A DNA stretch of 63,929 nucleotides, the filler included, from Sluysia triapertura (taxonomy: Eukaryota), in assembly GCA_046118255.1 (NCBI GenBank). It is 5 parts of 5 records of this genome, joined end to end, with 100 filler letters (N's around TTAATTAATTAA, not from the genome) between each part and the next. Parts side by side here need not be neighbours in the genome. Positions count along the whole stretch, not along the records: positions 13,347 to 28,490 come from JBJNIA010237886.1; positions 28,591 to 39,632 come from JBJNIA010189697.1; positions 39,733 to 52,461 come from JBJNIA010085915.1; 2 more parts are not named here. The stretch is one strand, 5' to 3'. A program made the translations under genes and the position numbers. Of this stretch, positions 27,041 through 41,841 are shown piece after piece (within the stretch, counting starts at the first letter, position 1; every line of letters starts with the position of its first letter). The notes under the pieces are model-generated. The model was not told the origin of the DNA, searched no databases, and saw only the letters and a list, made by a program, of their open reading frames with translations.

Positions 27041-28490
27041 TAAGGTTAATATAAAATTATAATTGATTATTTTTAACAATAATAATCGTTATTTTACGTC
27101 CGTACTAAGAACAGCAGTCCTTATAACAAATTAATGATTGAACAAAAATTTTTACCTAAACTGGAGGTTAGTTAATTATGTTATCAATGTTTATTACGTA
27201 TTTCGCAATGAATTCAGTAATAAAGTTTACTATGGCATTTTGAACGCGGTTTCTTATAAATTATAATTTAAGTTAAATAGATTTTACTACTAAAAATTAA
27301 AATCAGTCGTTATTTATTTGAATTTCAAAAAAGTGATTTTGTGAAGATATATTAATATCACAAAAATACAAATAAGAAAAATATAGAATTCACTCTTTCG
27401 TTGATAATCAATTATTCATTTAAAAATTTTATATTACTAGATTGTTTTAAAAAAATCTTTAACAAATTTATATGATTTTAAGTAATAATTTACAATCCTT
27501 TAAAATTGAAATAAACTTAGAAATGTCAACTAACGATGAATTAAAGAATTCCAATGATTCTGGCACGATTAGTCCAATAAATAAACGAAATATGTGACAA
27601 CAATTAAAGATCCTTGTAACGAAATATGTAACAATACTTTCTTGCAAAAAACTTTTATGTGTGTTATTGTGGTGAAGCTTTATATAATATTTTAAATGAC
27701 CTTCATGATTAATTAAAATAATGGTTAATTTTATCATTCGATAATTGAATGATAATTGAACTATTTCTTTTAACCAGTTTCGTATTTGTAATTACTTTTA
27801 TTAATAAATTATTAGTTTAATTTGTCTTCGATTAAATATGTTCATAAATAAATAATTTATTTATTTAAGCTCGAAACTGTTGAATTACCACAATATATGT
27901 GTAGAAATTAGTTATGAGATTAGGATGTGATTAAGATTTTGATTTTGGATTAAATGTCTTACCCTTAACGCAAGTTCTCTATGATACTGAACTTACTCAC
28001 TAAAGGCCAGTACATAGATTCGCAGCTTTTAAAAAAGAAAACATAAGAACTGGAGGCTTGTGTTAATATTTAATTTTGATTCTACCTGTTTCATAGATCC
28101 AGATACTTATTGCTTTTCCTCAATTAAGATTTTATTATAATTTAGAAAACTCTCAGTATGTAAAGAATTTGTCAGTATTAATTCAAATGTAATGTTACTT
28201 AGCAAAATACTACCAATTATTAAAAGCACAAATTCTAATATTATAAATTATTTATTGGAAAAACAACAAATACATAAAAGTTAAAACACTTATATAATTA
28301 ATAAATAGAAATAGTTAATTGTTAAATAAACTTAGAAAGTGTCAAACATAAGCAAAAATTAAAGTTTGTTTATATAAATGTTGAACAGTATTAATTTAAT
28401 ATGTCAAATGTCAAAAAATTAAAAATTCGTCTATATTATAGGAATAAATGTTGAACAATATTAATTTATAATTAATATGTTGTGATTGAA

Positions 28491-28590
28491 NNNNNNNNNN
28501 NNNNNNNNNNNNNNNNNNNNNNNNNNNNNNNNNNTTAATTAATTAANNNNNNNNNNNNNNNNNNNNNNNNNNNNNNNNNNNNNNNNNNNN
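28491..28590. other. Artificial scaffold-joining spacer
   Basis: 44 N + TTAATTAATTAA + 44 N. Confidence 0.97.
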
Positions 28591-29133
28591 ATGTAACATA
28601 ATATAATATAATATAATATAATATAATATAAAATTATAAAATTATAATATAAAATTATTTCTAATTTGTGTATGCCTAAATTTGACTGAAATTGAAATTA
28701 ATTTCTTTTCTAAACGTATGTTATAAATGAAAATGATTAATTCTTCACCAATAAGCCAAATACTTTTGTCTTCTTTTATCATATTTCGAGTTAAGTTGAT
28801 CACTTTTACTAAAAATATTTTTATTACTAACATTATTATTATTTTGTCTGGAAAATTAAATATATTCTCTCTAATCACTTAAAATAATGATTATTTTAGT
28901 ACCATTTTTAAAAATTTGACAATAAATATGTACATTGATTCTATTTTTATAAATTATTAAATAATTTCAGAATATTACAAACAAAATCTATTATCATAAT
29001 AGCAGTTTTATTTAAACTGCATATTTTAATAATATATAAAAGCAAAACTGTCTTAAATTTTCGCTATTTTGTGAATAATGTTTGTAATCCTTAAACATTT
29101 TCTATTATATAAAACAATAGAACAATAATTTAG

Positions 29134-29461
29134 ACCAGTTTTAATGATATGAAACAATCACTTTCACCTCCTCTATCCAGCCCGCCATCTAATCACCTTC
29201 CAGTGATAACCAATCCATCGTCGACATTATTTATACCTACTTCGAATTCTCAGTCTCAATACATTTCGTTTTCTCTTTATGGAAGCAGTCCTCAATATAC
29301 TGGAACAGATTCCAATAATACCAATAGCAATTCAACAGACTTTAGTGATCAGCAGTCTCCGTCTATTGCAATCAGAGCGTCTCCAAGCTCTTATACACAG
29401 CATACCCAACAACCACTTCTAATAGCAACATCTCCTTACCTAAATCAACTATTTTTAACTG
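29134..29461 (+). CDS. Ser/Pro/Thr-rich disordered exon of an unidentified gene
   Basis: Raised GC and an open frame (TSFNDMKQSLSPPLSSPPS...), with acceptor tttag and donor gttcgt (phase 1). Confidence 0.6.
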
Positions 29462-32400
29462 GTTCGTTAATGTATTTTTAACAGCAATCTTTTAATATAT
29501 TTTCCAGTAATACTTAAAAAGTAATTATTTTTAAAATATATCAATTTACTTTAATTTAAAGAAACAGTTGTTTATCAATGATTCATTACTAAATTTAGAC
29601 TTGGATTCTGTGTCAATTTTTATTTATTAGTATTTAAATACGTTTTTCTTTACAGTTATATTAACTTATATGTCAATATTTTAGATATACTTCTTATTAA
29701 TTTATTAAATTTCTTTATACTTATTTCTGATTTTTCTAAAAATATTTGTATTTATTCCAATATTCTTTTAAATTTATTTCTTTTTCTTCAGTTAATAATA
29801 AAATGTAATCATAACTTAACGTCTTCTATTTTTTAATTTAAGTAGTACTTTATTGAAGTATCGTTGCTATATAATTCAAAATATTAAAATTAAATTACAA
29901 TAATAAGAGGCGTATTTGACCTGAAAAAAGAACAATCAGCAAAGTCATTATTGCAACACGATCAACAATAAAGAGTGTAGATTAACACGTGTTTTGAGTT
30001 TAAAAATTAATTCTGATTTATCAACAAGTTTAAATAAAGTTTCAAAGTTTAATAATTTCAAATAAATCAAGATTAGTATCTAAATTTTCATCAACATATC
30101 CATGATTCCATTTGATTAATACGTTACATAAGAAGGTATGTATTCAGAATTAACATCCTTCACACACTTATTAATACTTCACTTCACACTTCACACACTT
30201 CACATCCTTCTTAATACTTCTTGGTATATTTAGCATTTCAAAATCTAAATAATTTAACACCACGTTTGTGAAACATTAATGGTACAGACAATGTGATTCA
30301 TTATAAACTGAATTCTCTTTTCAGTACATTTTACAATGTATTTTCAACCATCTTTACATTAAAACTTCAGAAGTAACTGAAGTTACATATTAATCAATAT
30401 TTGATAGTAGGTAATTTTTTGTAATTTGTTATTACTTATAATAGTATATATTACATATGAAATATAATAGATACTGATTATAAATTTTATAAGTCTATTG
30501 AATAAATGTAAAAAATATTAAAACATTCGCCTATTTGAATAAAAGGAAAAGAAAAATAATTGTAATAAATAGTAAAGAATTTATAGATTGTGCTGTAATA
30601 GATTATTGATAAACTAAAGAAGTCAACTAATTAACATTTACATTAATCGATTCTAGTAGTGTTTTTTGTCAATTAATATTTGAAACAATACATATAACGC
30701 GATAAAATAGTAAGGCTAAGAATAAAGTGATAATAACGGTACTAGGATAAGGAATGATTAAAATGGGCATAAAACAATAATGGTACAATGATAAAAATGA
30801 TAAGAAGGACAATAGCGACAACAGTAACAAAAACAACGAATGCTAAGTGACAATAACAATAATAATTTTATTATTTGTTTTGTTTATGAATTGGATTGAT
30901 GGAATTTGTTAATGTATGTTTATTGTGAAATGAAAACGTAAGTATGAGTACTGTTGTCGTGATTATAGTTACTATCGTCGAAATAATTTGTTAATGTGAG
31001 AAAATGCATAAAATGTAGAAATAAGTGATTGTTAAGATGCTTTTGTAAATGAGTTTGAATGACGATTGATTTTTGTTCGTTATATGTTTAGGTTAAAGTT
31101 TGTTGTTGGGGGGCGGAACTAACCTTATATAATGTTTCACAAAGGCAATAGTATGTAGTATCAAAAGTAATTTAAATGTGCTGACAGTACTGAAAAAACT
31201 CTTTTTCGTTTCCAAAACTAAAGTTATGTAAACAAAATGCGTATAAATCTAATCTCTACAATTACTAATGGGGTAAAGAAAATTATTTCTAAAGAAATTA
31301 GCAGGGCATAATAATACGTAATATATATATAATGCCCAAAATCGCAGTAGTTTAATACTTATATTCGAAATATTCGAGAAAAAAATTATATTTTAAAAAT
31401 ATAACGAATGATTTATTTTAAGAGCTTTTGAGTACTTAATACTGTTTTATTGAAAACAAGAATACGGATATTATTAAATAAATTCTTCGATGTTAGAATT
31501 AAATCAACTATAAAAACTATCACTGTAAAATGTCAAATAAAAATGACATTTTAATTTTGCAAATTTGTTGTAACACCATTAAAAATCAAAATTTTAATAC
31601 TCTATTTAATTTTAAATTCAATTCTATCAATTCAACGTAATTAATAAATAACATCAATGGATACTTGCATTAACATTTATTAGTAACGTATCAGTTAAAA
31701 TTGAAACAGGTTTTTATTAGTAAATTCAAATTAAGCCAAATGATAAAACATTTACATAAACTTTTTAAATTAATTTTAACAATTAATTAAATGAATTTTA
31801 TTTAACTTAATTATTTATTAAAATATTTGGTATTATTAAAAAAATTGTAAATATTAAGTATGTTAAGTTCACATATTTTATTAATATGCACACTGAGGTA
31901 AAAAAGATTGTTTTTGTTATATACACATTTTAATATTGAATTTTCTACTTTTGTGGCAACATGCATAAAATAGATAATGTTAATAAATAGTGCATTTGCC
32001 ACTTACTTCATTTTTGATGTATCATTAAAATTACAAATTATATTGTCAATAATATTAATAATTTTAACTTAATTAAAAATAAATAAATTATAAAATCAAT
32101 TTAATTAATTAATTAAATCAATGGTGTAATTTTTTAAGGCAAATTTTAATAAATTTCTTATTGGATTTATAAGATTTAAAATTGTATTTAATATTACTTT
32201 GTATGTAATAGGACGTTATCATGAAGATAAAAATATGGATCTTTTTTGGATTTTAAATTTTCTTATCAGTTTGTGTATGATAACGTTCACTTTTGAACTT
32301 TTTCCTCAAAATCAAATACTTAACTGAAAGGATCATTCCTCTATACGAGTTATGAGTCTTAATCTCGATAAAGTTAATTATTTGATTCGAAAATCAATAA

Positions 32401-33246
32401 AACATAATTAAATTAAGAATACAGATATTTGTAAAAAATATAAAAATGGAAAGATGATACAATAAGTCTACGTCTTTATAAAGGTATGTTTAAAGGGTTT
32501 AATACTAAAGTACACATTAAGTCATTATCACATTTAATTTTATAGTTAATTTTACATGACTCAAGTCAGTTTCGAACCATCGCTAAAGTTAATATACTCT
32601 GGACGAATGTGGAACAAACAAGTTTCTTAATTTCACTGATTGAAATTCAACATTTAACTTTGTCGATGTATCTCTTATCGTAATGTTACTATATTTGGTG
32701 ACAACTGTTTAGTTTTGATTCTAAATTTCAATTAGTTTGTCATTTCTTTCATTTTTAAGTTCTTTGTCAATCGCTTAATTGTTACATACGATAGACATTT
32801 ATTCTTTCATTATGTATTTTCTTTTCTTGTAGTAGAAAAATTTCATTGCTGATTCTTTTTCGTCTTCATTTATTTTATTGGAAATTTTCCCTAATTAGAT
32901 ATAAATGATAAATTTTCACAAAACAATTTAGCAATTTCATAATTATATAATTTTCGATTTTACGTTAATTAATAAAAACATTAAACTTTCAATGCAAGTA
33001 CTTCTAAAAAATTAAAATTAAATAAACCTTTGATCATTAATAAATAATCAATATATTTCATTTTTTTTCATTTTATAAATTAATTTAAAATTTTATATTT
33101 TTATATTTTAATTAAATTTGTGACTGCATTTTCTTTTTTAAAATTAAAATAAAGTTTAATAAAAATGAAATATAATTTTAATATAATCGAATATAAAGAA
33201 ATCTATATAAACAACTAATAAAACTGTTTCCGTTTTTAAATTTTAG

Positions 33247-33320
33247 ATACAACCCACTTTTCTGAACCGACGTTTTCCTTTACTAATTACAGTAACTTCC
33301 TTACTAGCCGAAAAAAATAA
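33247..33320 (+). CDS. Candidate terminal exon joining exon 29134-29461
   Basis: Acceptor ttttag, phase-compatible, giving (D)TTHFSEPTFSFTNYSNFLTSRKK then TAA. Confidence 0.35.
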
Positions 33321-35099
33321 TTGTACGTCACACGCTATTATAATTTATTAAAATAAAACGTAAGGCATATTTAGCAGTTACAGATTTATATGTAAGGTAA
33401 ATAACTTAAATAAGAGTTTTCTTGAAAGTACTTTAAAATAGATTTGTTAGAAGTAAACATTGCTTTCTAAAAACTATATTCTTTTCATTATAATAAACAA
33501 TCTATAACATAATTTAATAAGTATTTAACAAAGCTTTTCTATTTGTCAAACTTAATTATCCAATCAACAATTTATTTTTATAATAAATCAAAAATTTTTA
33601 AATAAAGTATTGTTAAATTTATAAATTAAAATAAAATAAAATTTACATGAACATCATTTAAAAATTATTATAATCATTATCATAATATAGTATTAAATGC
33701 ACATTTTCAAGACATGACTACCACGATACTAATGAAATAATTGAAACAATTTAGGACTATTCAAGATGTTAAGTACGCATGAATGGACGATAAAGTGCAT
33801 AAATATTGGATTAATGTTATTCCTGAAATTGAAATTATGATAAATGTCGCGCATACCAGGAAACAAATGACAAAATCCTGGCTGAAATGAAATATTAAAA
33901 TAAAACTGTAACAAAAAAACAAAATCATTTGATAGAGATGATAAAGTTGTTATTCAGTTCCATGAAAAATTATATCTAAAATTCATACCTAAATTAAGCT
34001 GGAAGGTGGTAAAATACTAGTTAAGACGGTCGAAGAGCTAAGACCAATTTATGTAGGGTAAATTAAAAAATTAAGATGAAATTAATTTAAAATTATGTAC
34101 TGTAATTGATAATCATAATTTATGAAGTAATTTATGAATGGCATGTATTTTAACTGAGTCAATTGAATGTTTGAATTAAGTGAATGAAAAATGATTTAAC
34201 ACGAAAATAAAATTTGTTATTTTTGGTATTATAAAGATGACTCAAAGATTAATGACTAATTTCTTTGTCTATGAAAATAAATAATATTATTTTTAACAGT
34301 TATATTAATTCTGAATGTTAAAAGTTTTCTTCAATGTTATTCATTACATCAATTTGTTGTAATAATATATATCAGTAGTATTTTAGTAATTAACAGTTTA
34401 ACGTTGCTCTGAAAATGTTAGATTGTAATCACAATCCTCTAAAATCATTTTAAAATCTTTGAAAATGATTTTAAATTTGTTTTCCAAAAAAGAAAAATAA
34501 AATAGAAGCTTCTAGAATGATTGAGAACATTCTATAATATTCCATAAATTCTTATTAATTGATGGCTAGACATAAACTAGCATTAGTTTAGTGAAAATCG
34601 CCATTTTGATTTTTGTACAACTTTTATAAAATTTCTAGTGTCAGCTATTTTGATTTTTACAATACGCCATATAGGAATTTTTTAGTTAACCGTTCACACC
34701 ATTAGTGGGTTCACTAGCCTCATCATTTGGTATCAGCTACATAGCAACAACAATTCAACTTATTCTGCACTTTGGTAAATATATGTACTAAATATATAAC
34801 TTTCGAAGTAAAAATTATGAATTCTCATTTATTTTAATTATTAGTCTCCGATATATTGAGGGGTAAACTACAGTTAATATATTACAGTTATAAAATTAAA
34901 CGCTCTCGGAGCTTTAATTTTAAAATATCGTATTTTTATATTTTACCTTCATTCTTATTATTATTCGTTTTTTGTGCAAATTGAATAAAAAGTTTAATTG
35001 AATAAAAGTTTAACTGGAAATTGTAGAATAAATTAAGAAGTTTTTTGAAACAATTAATTACGCATTTGATAAGATTCTAATTAAGGAACATTACTATTT

Positions 35100-35220
35100 A
35101 GACAAAGTATTAGCTTATACAGTTACAGAAATGCCCTCTTCACGACATAAGACATTTGTTGTAACCGGATCCTTCTCAAAAGTATTTTCAGTAGGTTAAG
35201 TGTTAGAAAATCCACAGCAA
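35100..35220. repeat. Dispersed LTR-like repeat family A copy
   Basis: Its reverse complement closely matches 60530-60640 (gtcttatgtcgt.aagagggc.tttctgtaact). Its end resembles 58260-58295 and 44415-44450. Confidence 0.75.
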
Positions 35221-38200
35221 AATAAGTCTATAAATGTTTTATTTTGAAATATGAATTTTGGAAATTGAATAAACATTTTAAAATTACAATTTGTAATTAT
35301 ATACAGTTATTGTGATGAAATTAAAAATTAATTACATTTGAGTAATAATTACTATTTTTAACAATAATATCTGTGTGTAAAAATAATGTCTATTTAATCA
35401 CTAAAAATAATATTTATTTATTGATTATTGATTATTTCGTGTGATATTAATTTAATTTCTTTGAACGAAAATTGAAAATATATTTGGATTTTATAAGAAA
35501 TTTTATTTTGTAAATTATTTTAATTTAACATTTTGTAGATTATTTTTAAAATTCTATTGAAAATTATTAAATTAATTAATTAACTCTATCAAGGTCAGTT
35601 CCAGAATTAATATATAAGATAATGATTTTTAACATAAAACACACTTTTTCAACTTCCAAAAAACTAACTTGGAGAAAATCTCGATTCGACGAACTGATTT
35701 TCTTTTTAAATAATTTGTTTAATTAACTTAGTTTTTTATTTTAAGGTTAGTACCCGTAATATTTGGCGTAAATTTGAATTTTTTGTAATTAATTGTGTAA
35801 CTGTTAATAGTTCCTTTGTAAAATCAATATTAACTTAATTTACTGATCGAATTAACTAATTTCATTATTATAAGTTAATTTATTTGATAATTGTACTGTA
35901 ATAACCTCATTGTTTTATAATACATTTTTGTGACTCAAAAAAAGTTTTGTTTTCCAAATTTAAAATACCTAAAGTTAAGGTTGTATATTTCTTGAATCCT
36001 TTTAACGGATTCATTGTAAAATACCTAACTATAAGCTACACAAATAAATTAGCATAACTTTTGTATAAATATTGATTCAACTACTTAAATTATAATTTTG
36101 CATTTAATTGCATTTATATTTGTGTCTAAAATCCAACGGCTAGCCCTAACTGGTACGTTGGTTACTACGTTGGTGAAGTCATTATAATCTCATTCTTTAT
36201 TCTTGCACTATTAAAACAACAGAACTATTAAAACTTATAGTAAAGAATTATACTGGTTACCAATAAAATAAGGGTACGTCCAAAACCATGAATGTAACGT
36301 GCCAAATATCTCATGAATATTTAAATTGAATATTGTCTTTGAGATATAATAATAAAAATGATACTAAGATATGTTCCAAAAATCTATAACTAGCCATTGT
36401 GAATAGAGAATATTCTTTCTATTTCAGAAATATTATTATTACTCTTAGTAATAATAAGAGTAATAGGAATAGTAGTAGTAATTGTAGTAGCAGCAGTGAT
36501 AGTTCAAAATAATAGTTCAAAAATATTGAAAGTAAAGTAAATTATAAATTCATACTAATTATACTAATTATTACATATTAGGTACATCTTAATTTCAGTT
36601 GAATTAATTACAAATTTCACTAGAAAATATTACTGTTTAATTTGTGAAAGCAATTTCAAAATAAAATAAAATTCTTTGTAAATTATTAACTAATTAAATA
36701 TATTTGAAAATATTTTTTTCAAAATGGCTTTCAAATCTTCAATTTACTCCTTAATTAATTAGCCCCATAAATCTAAAATCGAATAAATATTAAAAGCAAC
36801 TAAATATATTCAGAATTGAATAACATTAGTACTAAAACAAATATTGTTTCACAAGGTATCTAAATTAAATCATGCTTCTTAGTGATTTGGGATTTACAGT
36901 TATTAATTTTATACGCATCCGAAAAATATGAACAATGTCGAGTAATGAATTAAAAAAATGAATTTTTATTTCTTTTTAGAACAACTCTTAATTTAAATTA
37001 AATTTAAAAAAATAGCGAGACCTGCCAAAAGTAAAAGTTTTATAACAATTGATTTTGTTGTTAAATAAGTAGCTTAATAATAAATATAATGTAATAAAAT
37101 AAAGTTTAAAATAATATATTTAAATAACAATATTTTATTTTTAATTGAATTATTTTTTAAAATAAAATATCGATTACAATGATTAAAGTTTATTTATACT
37201 GATTTCTATTAAAATAATTAATATAATCAATTAATTATAATTTTATTATTATTATTATGATGACTTATTGTGATTGTAAAATAATAATTTATTGTTTATT
37301 GTGAAATAAATTATGTCAAATATTATGCTGATGGTTATTAATGAAAACGGAAACTATTGAAATATGGCTGTCTTCTATTATTTAAACTTTATAAATTGTA
37401 ATCTTAGGTTTATTTTCTAAAAAAAATTATAAAAACTTAGACCGTGTTTATTTAGAATTACGTTATTACAAGTATACATGACATAAATTATATGTAAATT
37501 AAATTAAATCGCATTCTACATCTTACTGAATGTAAAATTTGTATTTATATAAATTTTTATTGTTATAAAGTTTTTCTATTAGGTATATTTTCTAGTTATT
37601 TGAATTGTAGAGTAAGCTAACTCACCGTTACTAAAATCTTACACCAGTGAAATTTAAAACAAAGTTATAAACGAAATAAAAATTTCATTTAATAAATACC
37701 AATTAACCGGTATTCAGATTGAAATAAAGCCGAACCGGAGGATAATATATCATGTGAAAGTATAGTTAGTATGTCAAAAAGACAATTTTTCTAATTGAAC
37801 TAATAAAAATTAAGTACTTTCTATATTACAACAATTGTAATAAAGTATGCGTAAATATTTACAAGACTTTAGTAGTGTACTTAATCTGCAACGAAACATA
37901 AGGTATTTTCAAGATGAATCCGTAATATCTACTCGTGCTATCTTACATTCAAGTTCATTCTAAAAGATCCACATGATTCAGATTCGCATGAGTTCGATAA
38001 TTATCGCTCATCAAAACTGTTCTTTTTCTTTTAGAGATGTTTCAAACCTATTAACATCATTCTCTAATAAATCTATAGGACCGATAAATTTATTTTATCA
38101 TAAACGATTAATTTCTCTAAATCTCATCAACAATAAATCTTTGATAACTACATTTCTTCCTTAAGAAAAACTAAAAAATTAAATTTCAACAAAGTACAAT

Positions 38201-39408
38201 TATGATTAAAGTACAATAAACTGTGTAAGCGAGTATTTATATTACTCGATCTTGTCTTGTCGAGTTTCGCATGTATAGCAAGTAATACAACTGCAAAGTT
38301 GTATTTAATGTTATATTTTAATATATTATATTTTATAAAATATTATATTTTAATATTCTGTTTAATATTCTGCATGTATTGTTTGAGCTTTATGAAATTC
38401 TAATAAATTCATAAATAAAATTTTAAAATAATAAATAAATATTAAACAATTTATCATCTTCTACCTGAAGCACATCTGATTCCTGGGCAATATCAATTTA
38501 TTTGAAACGAATTTAAATGATTCCTCTGAACTTACGCCTGTGGTGTCGCACTTATCGATAATAATTTTGTTATTCATAACATTCATAAAATTTCACATTC
38601 AACCTTTTCATTTCATTGTTACTTTCTTACATTAGCATAAAGCACAAATAATACTCTACAAACTATAAACCTCACACCAAAATCAATTATACTAATATTG
38701 TAACTTTCGAACGAACTTTCCATTTCAATATCATAGTTCCTTTCCCTCTGACCATCATTCACATCATTTTTATCATTACTATCCATATTATTTTTATCAT
38801 TTTTTTATTCTTTTATTTTATCATTTTTTATTATCCTTATTATTTATACTATTTTTATTATTTTATTATTTTTATTAACTAATTATTAACTAATTATTGA
38901 CTAATTCTGAGATGAGTTTGGTTATAAAATCGGTATAATCAAAAATCAAATAATGTAAATTAAAATCAATGAAATAATAAATATTAATTGAGGAAAATAA
39001 TTAAACAGATAGTTAGACTTGAACTGACTGAATAACTTTGATGTAGAAAATTAATTTTTCAAGTTCAAGTTTCAAATAGAATTAGCAAATTACATTATTG
39101 TAATAATAAACAATGTTCACATTTAAAAAACAACCCAATAATGCGAAACTTAAATTTTAAATTTGATTTTGGAAATGGTGTTTATTACAACCAAAATTTT
39201 CGATAACTTTGCATCATTTTTGTTTCATTTTCTACGAGCAACAAACTGGTACATAAATTCTTAATAATTACTTTATTGTATCCTGAATTGGAAATAACCT
39301 TTATTTTGATAGTCGGATTTAGGAAATATATGTTGTACACTAAAATGAAAACCAAAAGTTATCCTTGAAAAACAGTCGTATAAAAAATTCTAAAAAAAAA
39401 TTATAATT

Positions 39409-39632
39409 GTAGGGAAATCACACAAAATTCATCACACTCATCACATAAAAACACTTCACATTTACACAAATTACTAAACAAACTACTAAATTCATTCAAA
39501 AAACAAACATGATCATCACACCTAATTATCATGAACTACAGCTATTGTTATTACAATTAAACAACATATATAATAATTATAGTCATTATTGTTATATAAT
39601 ATGATTATCAATTAATAACTTTTATAATAGCT
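39409..39632 (+). repeat. Second copy of the 2745-2984 repeat, truncated by the scaffold end
   Basis: Direct alignment by eye to the reverse complement of 2745-2975. Confidence 0.75.
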
Positions 39633-39732
39633 NNNNNNNNNNNNNNNNNNNNNNNNNNNNNNNNNNNNNNNNNNNNTTAATTAATTAANNNNNNNNNNNN
39701 NNNNNNNNNNNNNNNNNNNNNNNNNNNNNNNN
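39633..39732. other. Artificial scaffold-joining spacer
   Basis: 44 N + TTAATTAATTAA + 44 N. Confidence 0.97.
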
Positions 39733-40815
39733 TACAGTAGGTTTTTTAAAATTATAATTAAAATCAATATAAAATTCATTTTGCCCCTAAAATCTTACTT
39801 ATTATTGTTAAACTCTTAAATTTGTTTGATATTTTATATACTTATTATTGTTAAATTTGTTGTTTTTTGATAATTAATTAATCTGCAATCCAGAGAATTC
39901 CTTTAGCATATTAATTTTGAATAAATTATTGACCTCCATTTTACTTTTTACGAAAAATCCAACGGTTGGCCGTTTAGTCTGTAAGTCCAATACGTTGGTG
40001 GACTCACTTGTATTCTTAAGCTTTATTCTCTTTACTTTACACATTTCTTGCACAACCATGCGCTATAATCCCATTGTCGTTCTCATACATAAACTCACAC
40101 AACTCATAATTCTACATATTACTACTTCAACTTACGCAAAACAAAAATCCTACACTAAAATATATTTAAATTATAAACCTTTAAATTTACCAGCAATTAT
40201 ATTACACCACATGAAGGTCACACATTATTGATTCATTGTACTTGACATAATTCATAAATTATAAAACTTTAAGCCACAAAAACTTGTAATAGAGTCAAAT
40301 TAATTTGATAAATTATAGTAACCAAACATGTAATATTTTGTTTGTATTGTATCAGTCCTCATCATCGCCATTATCGGTTATCTTTATTTATTTATTTATG
40401 TATAAATTTCAAGTACGGAGTCATCTGGACTCCGAGCTCAATGTGATAAATGAATATCTTTTTGGTAAAATTACCTTTTTTGTCAAAAAATGTTTCTTTT
40501 ATTAAAATTAAGTTTTAATTAAAATTTACATATTAATTAAAAATTATATTTTAATTAAAAAGTATATAAATTAATTAAAAATTATTAATTAATTAAAATT
40601 TTGTTTTAATGCGTCATCATTTCCGCATTAATTGCTTTTATTATTTTTATTATAATTATTACTTTAATTTTAATTTTATTTTAATTTTTAATTTTAATAT
40701 TAATTTTAATTTTATAATTTTATTTTAAATTTCAATTTTTATTTTATATATTCCAAAAAATACTATGTAATGATTTTCTGCAATTTTCTAAAAATATATT
40801 CGTATTACTGCTCAT

Positions 40816-41841
40816 ATGATGTATATTCACGATAAAAGTTATTGAGACTTTAATTTCAAATATTATGAGTTTTCTTATGCAAATGATAAACAGATTCAGG
40901 ATTACAATGTTGTTACAGATGAATAATTTCTCAAAAACAACGTCGATCCAGATGAAACATTTCTTAGAATTAACGTTGACAGAGATGAAACATTTCTCTG
41001 TGATTATGTTTTTAGAGGCGAAACCTTTCTCATAATGGAATCCGTGAAGGGTTCTAGACTAATTCAAAATATTTTTAGAAACAGTAGTAATTGTGAAAAT
41101 TGTTCTCAACCAGTTAGACTAATGTTTCGTAAAACTGTTCATTACATTTATTATACGTTAAATAATTAAGTTATACGCAGTAAATTGTTTAATTTGCAAG
41201 ATGACTTAAGACATTGTGTTAATTTAAAATATTATTATGAACGTTATCAAAGTGTATTATTTACTGAATTTCCTTGTTTCTTTTTTCGAAAAGATTCAGA
41301 TAAAGAGTTATAGAGTAAAATGTTTAAAGTCCGTTGCACATTTGACGACGATTGTGAGTCGACTGTACCGTCTTTAAACAATAAAACACAAAGACTACTT
41401 AAAATATTAAATTTGAATTCACGTGAATTAAATGCTAAAAGAGTACACGCTTAAAAAGTCTTGAAAGAAAAGTCTTGTATATTTATACGACAAACTTTTG
41501 AACGGTTAATGACGTCAGTTAGAGGATACTATATGATTATGTTTTATTTAGAATTGTTTAAGTTATCAAGTTTTAGCATAGATGCTTTAGATAGTATCGA
41601 TGAGTTGGTAACTATCTTATTTATGAGATAGTGGATCGCTGCATGCCGTGTTGCGCGAGACGTTGCCCATTTCCGAGGCCATGACTTTTTAAATTGTACA
41701 TGCTCTTTTATATTATCAAATGGACATTGTTTGTTATTTTATCTATCATTTTCGTTTTATTGCAGTTATTTTTGCAATTCGCATAATATATGGAGATTTT
41801 TTATACTTTTCATTTTCATTTTAAACTATCAAGGACCTTAA
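40816..41841 (+). pseudogene. Intronless 342-codon orphan frame with six internal stops and no evident frameshift
   Basis: Stops at 40843, 40924, 41167, 41311, 41452 and 41629. Contains a triple 11-aa repeat (NVDPDETFL/NVDRDETFL/YVFRGETFL), CENC and CTC..x7..HC. Confidence 0.6.

Noticed and set aside
33770-34060. Possible Gypsy integrase C-terminal remnant
   Set aside because: Only a vague resemblance, with no catalytic or zinc-finger motif.
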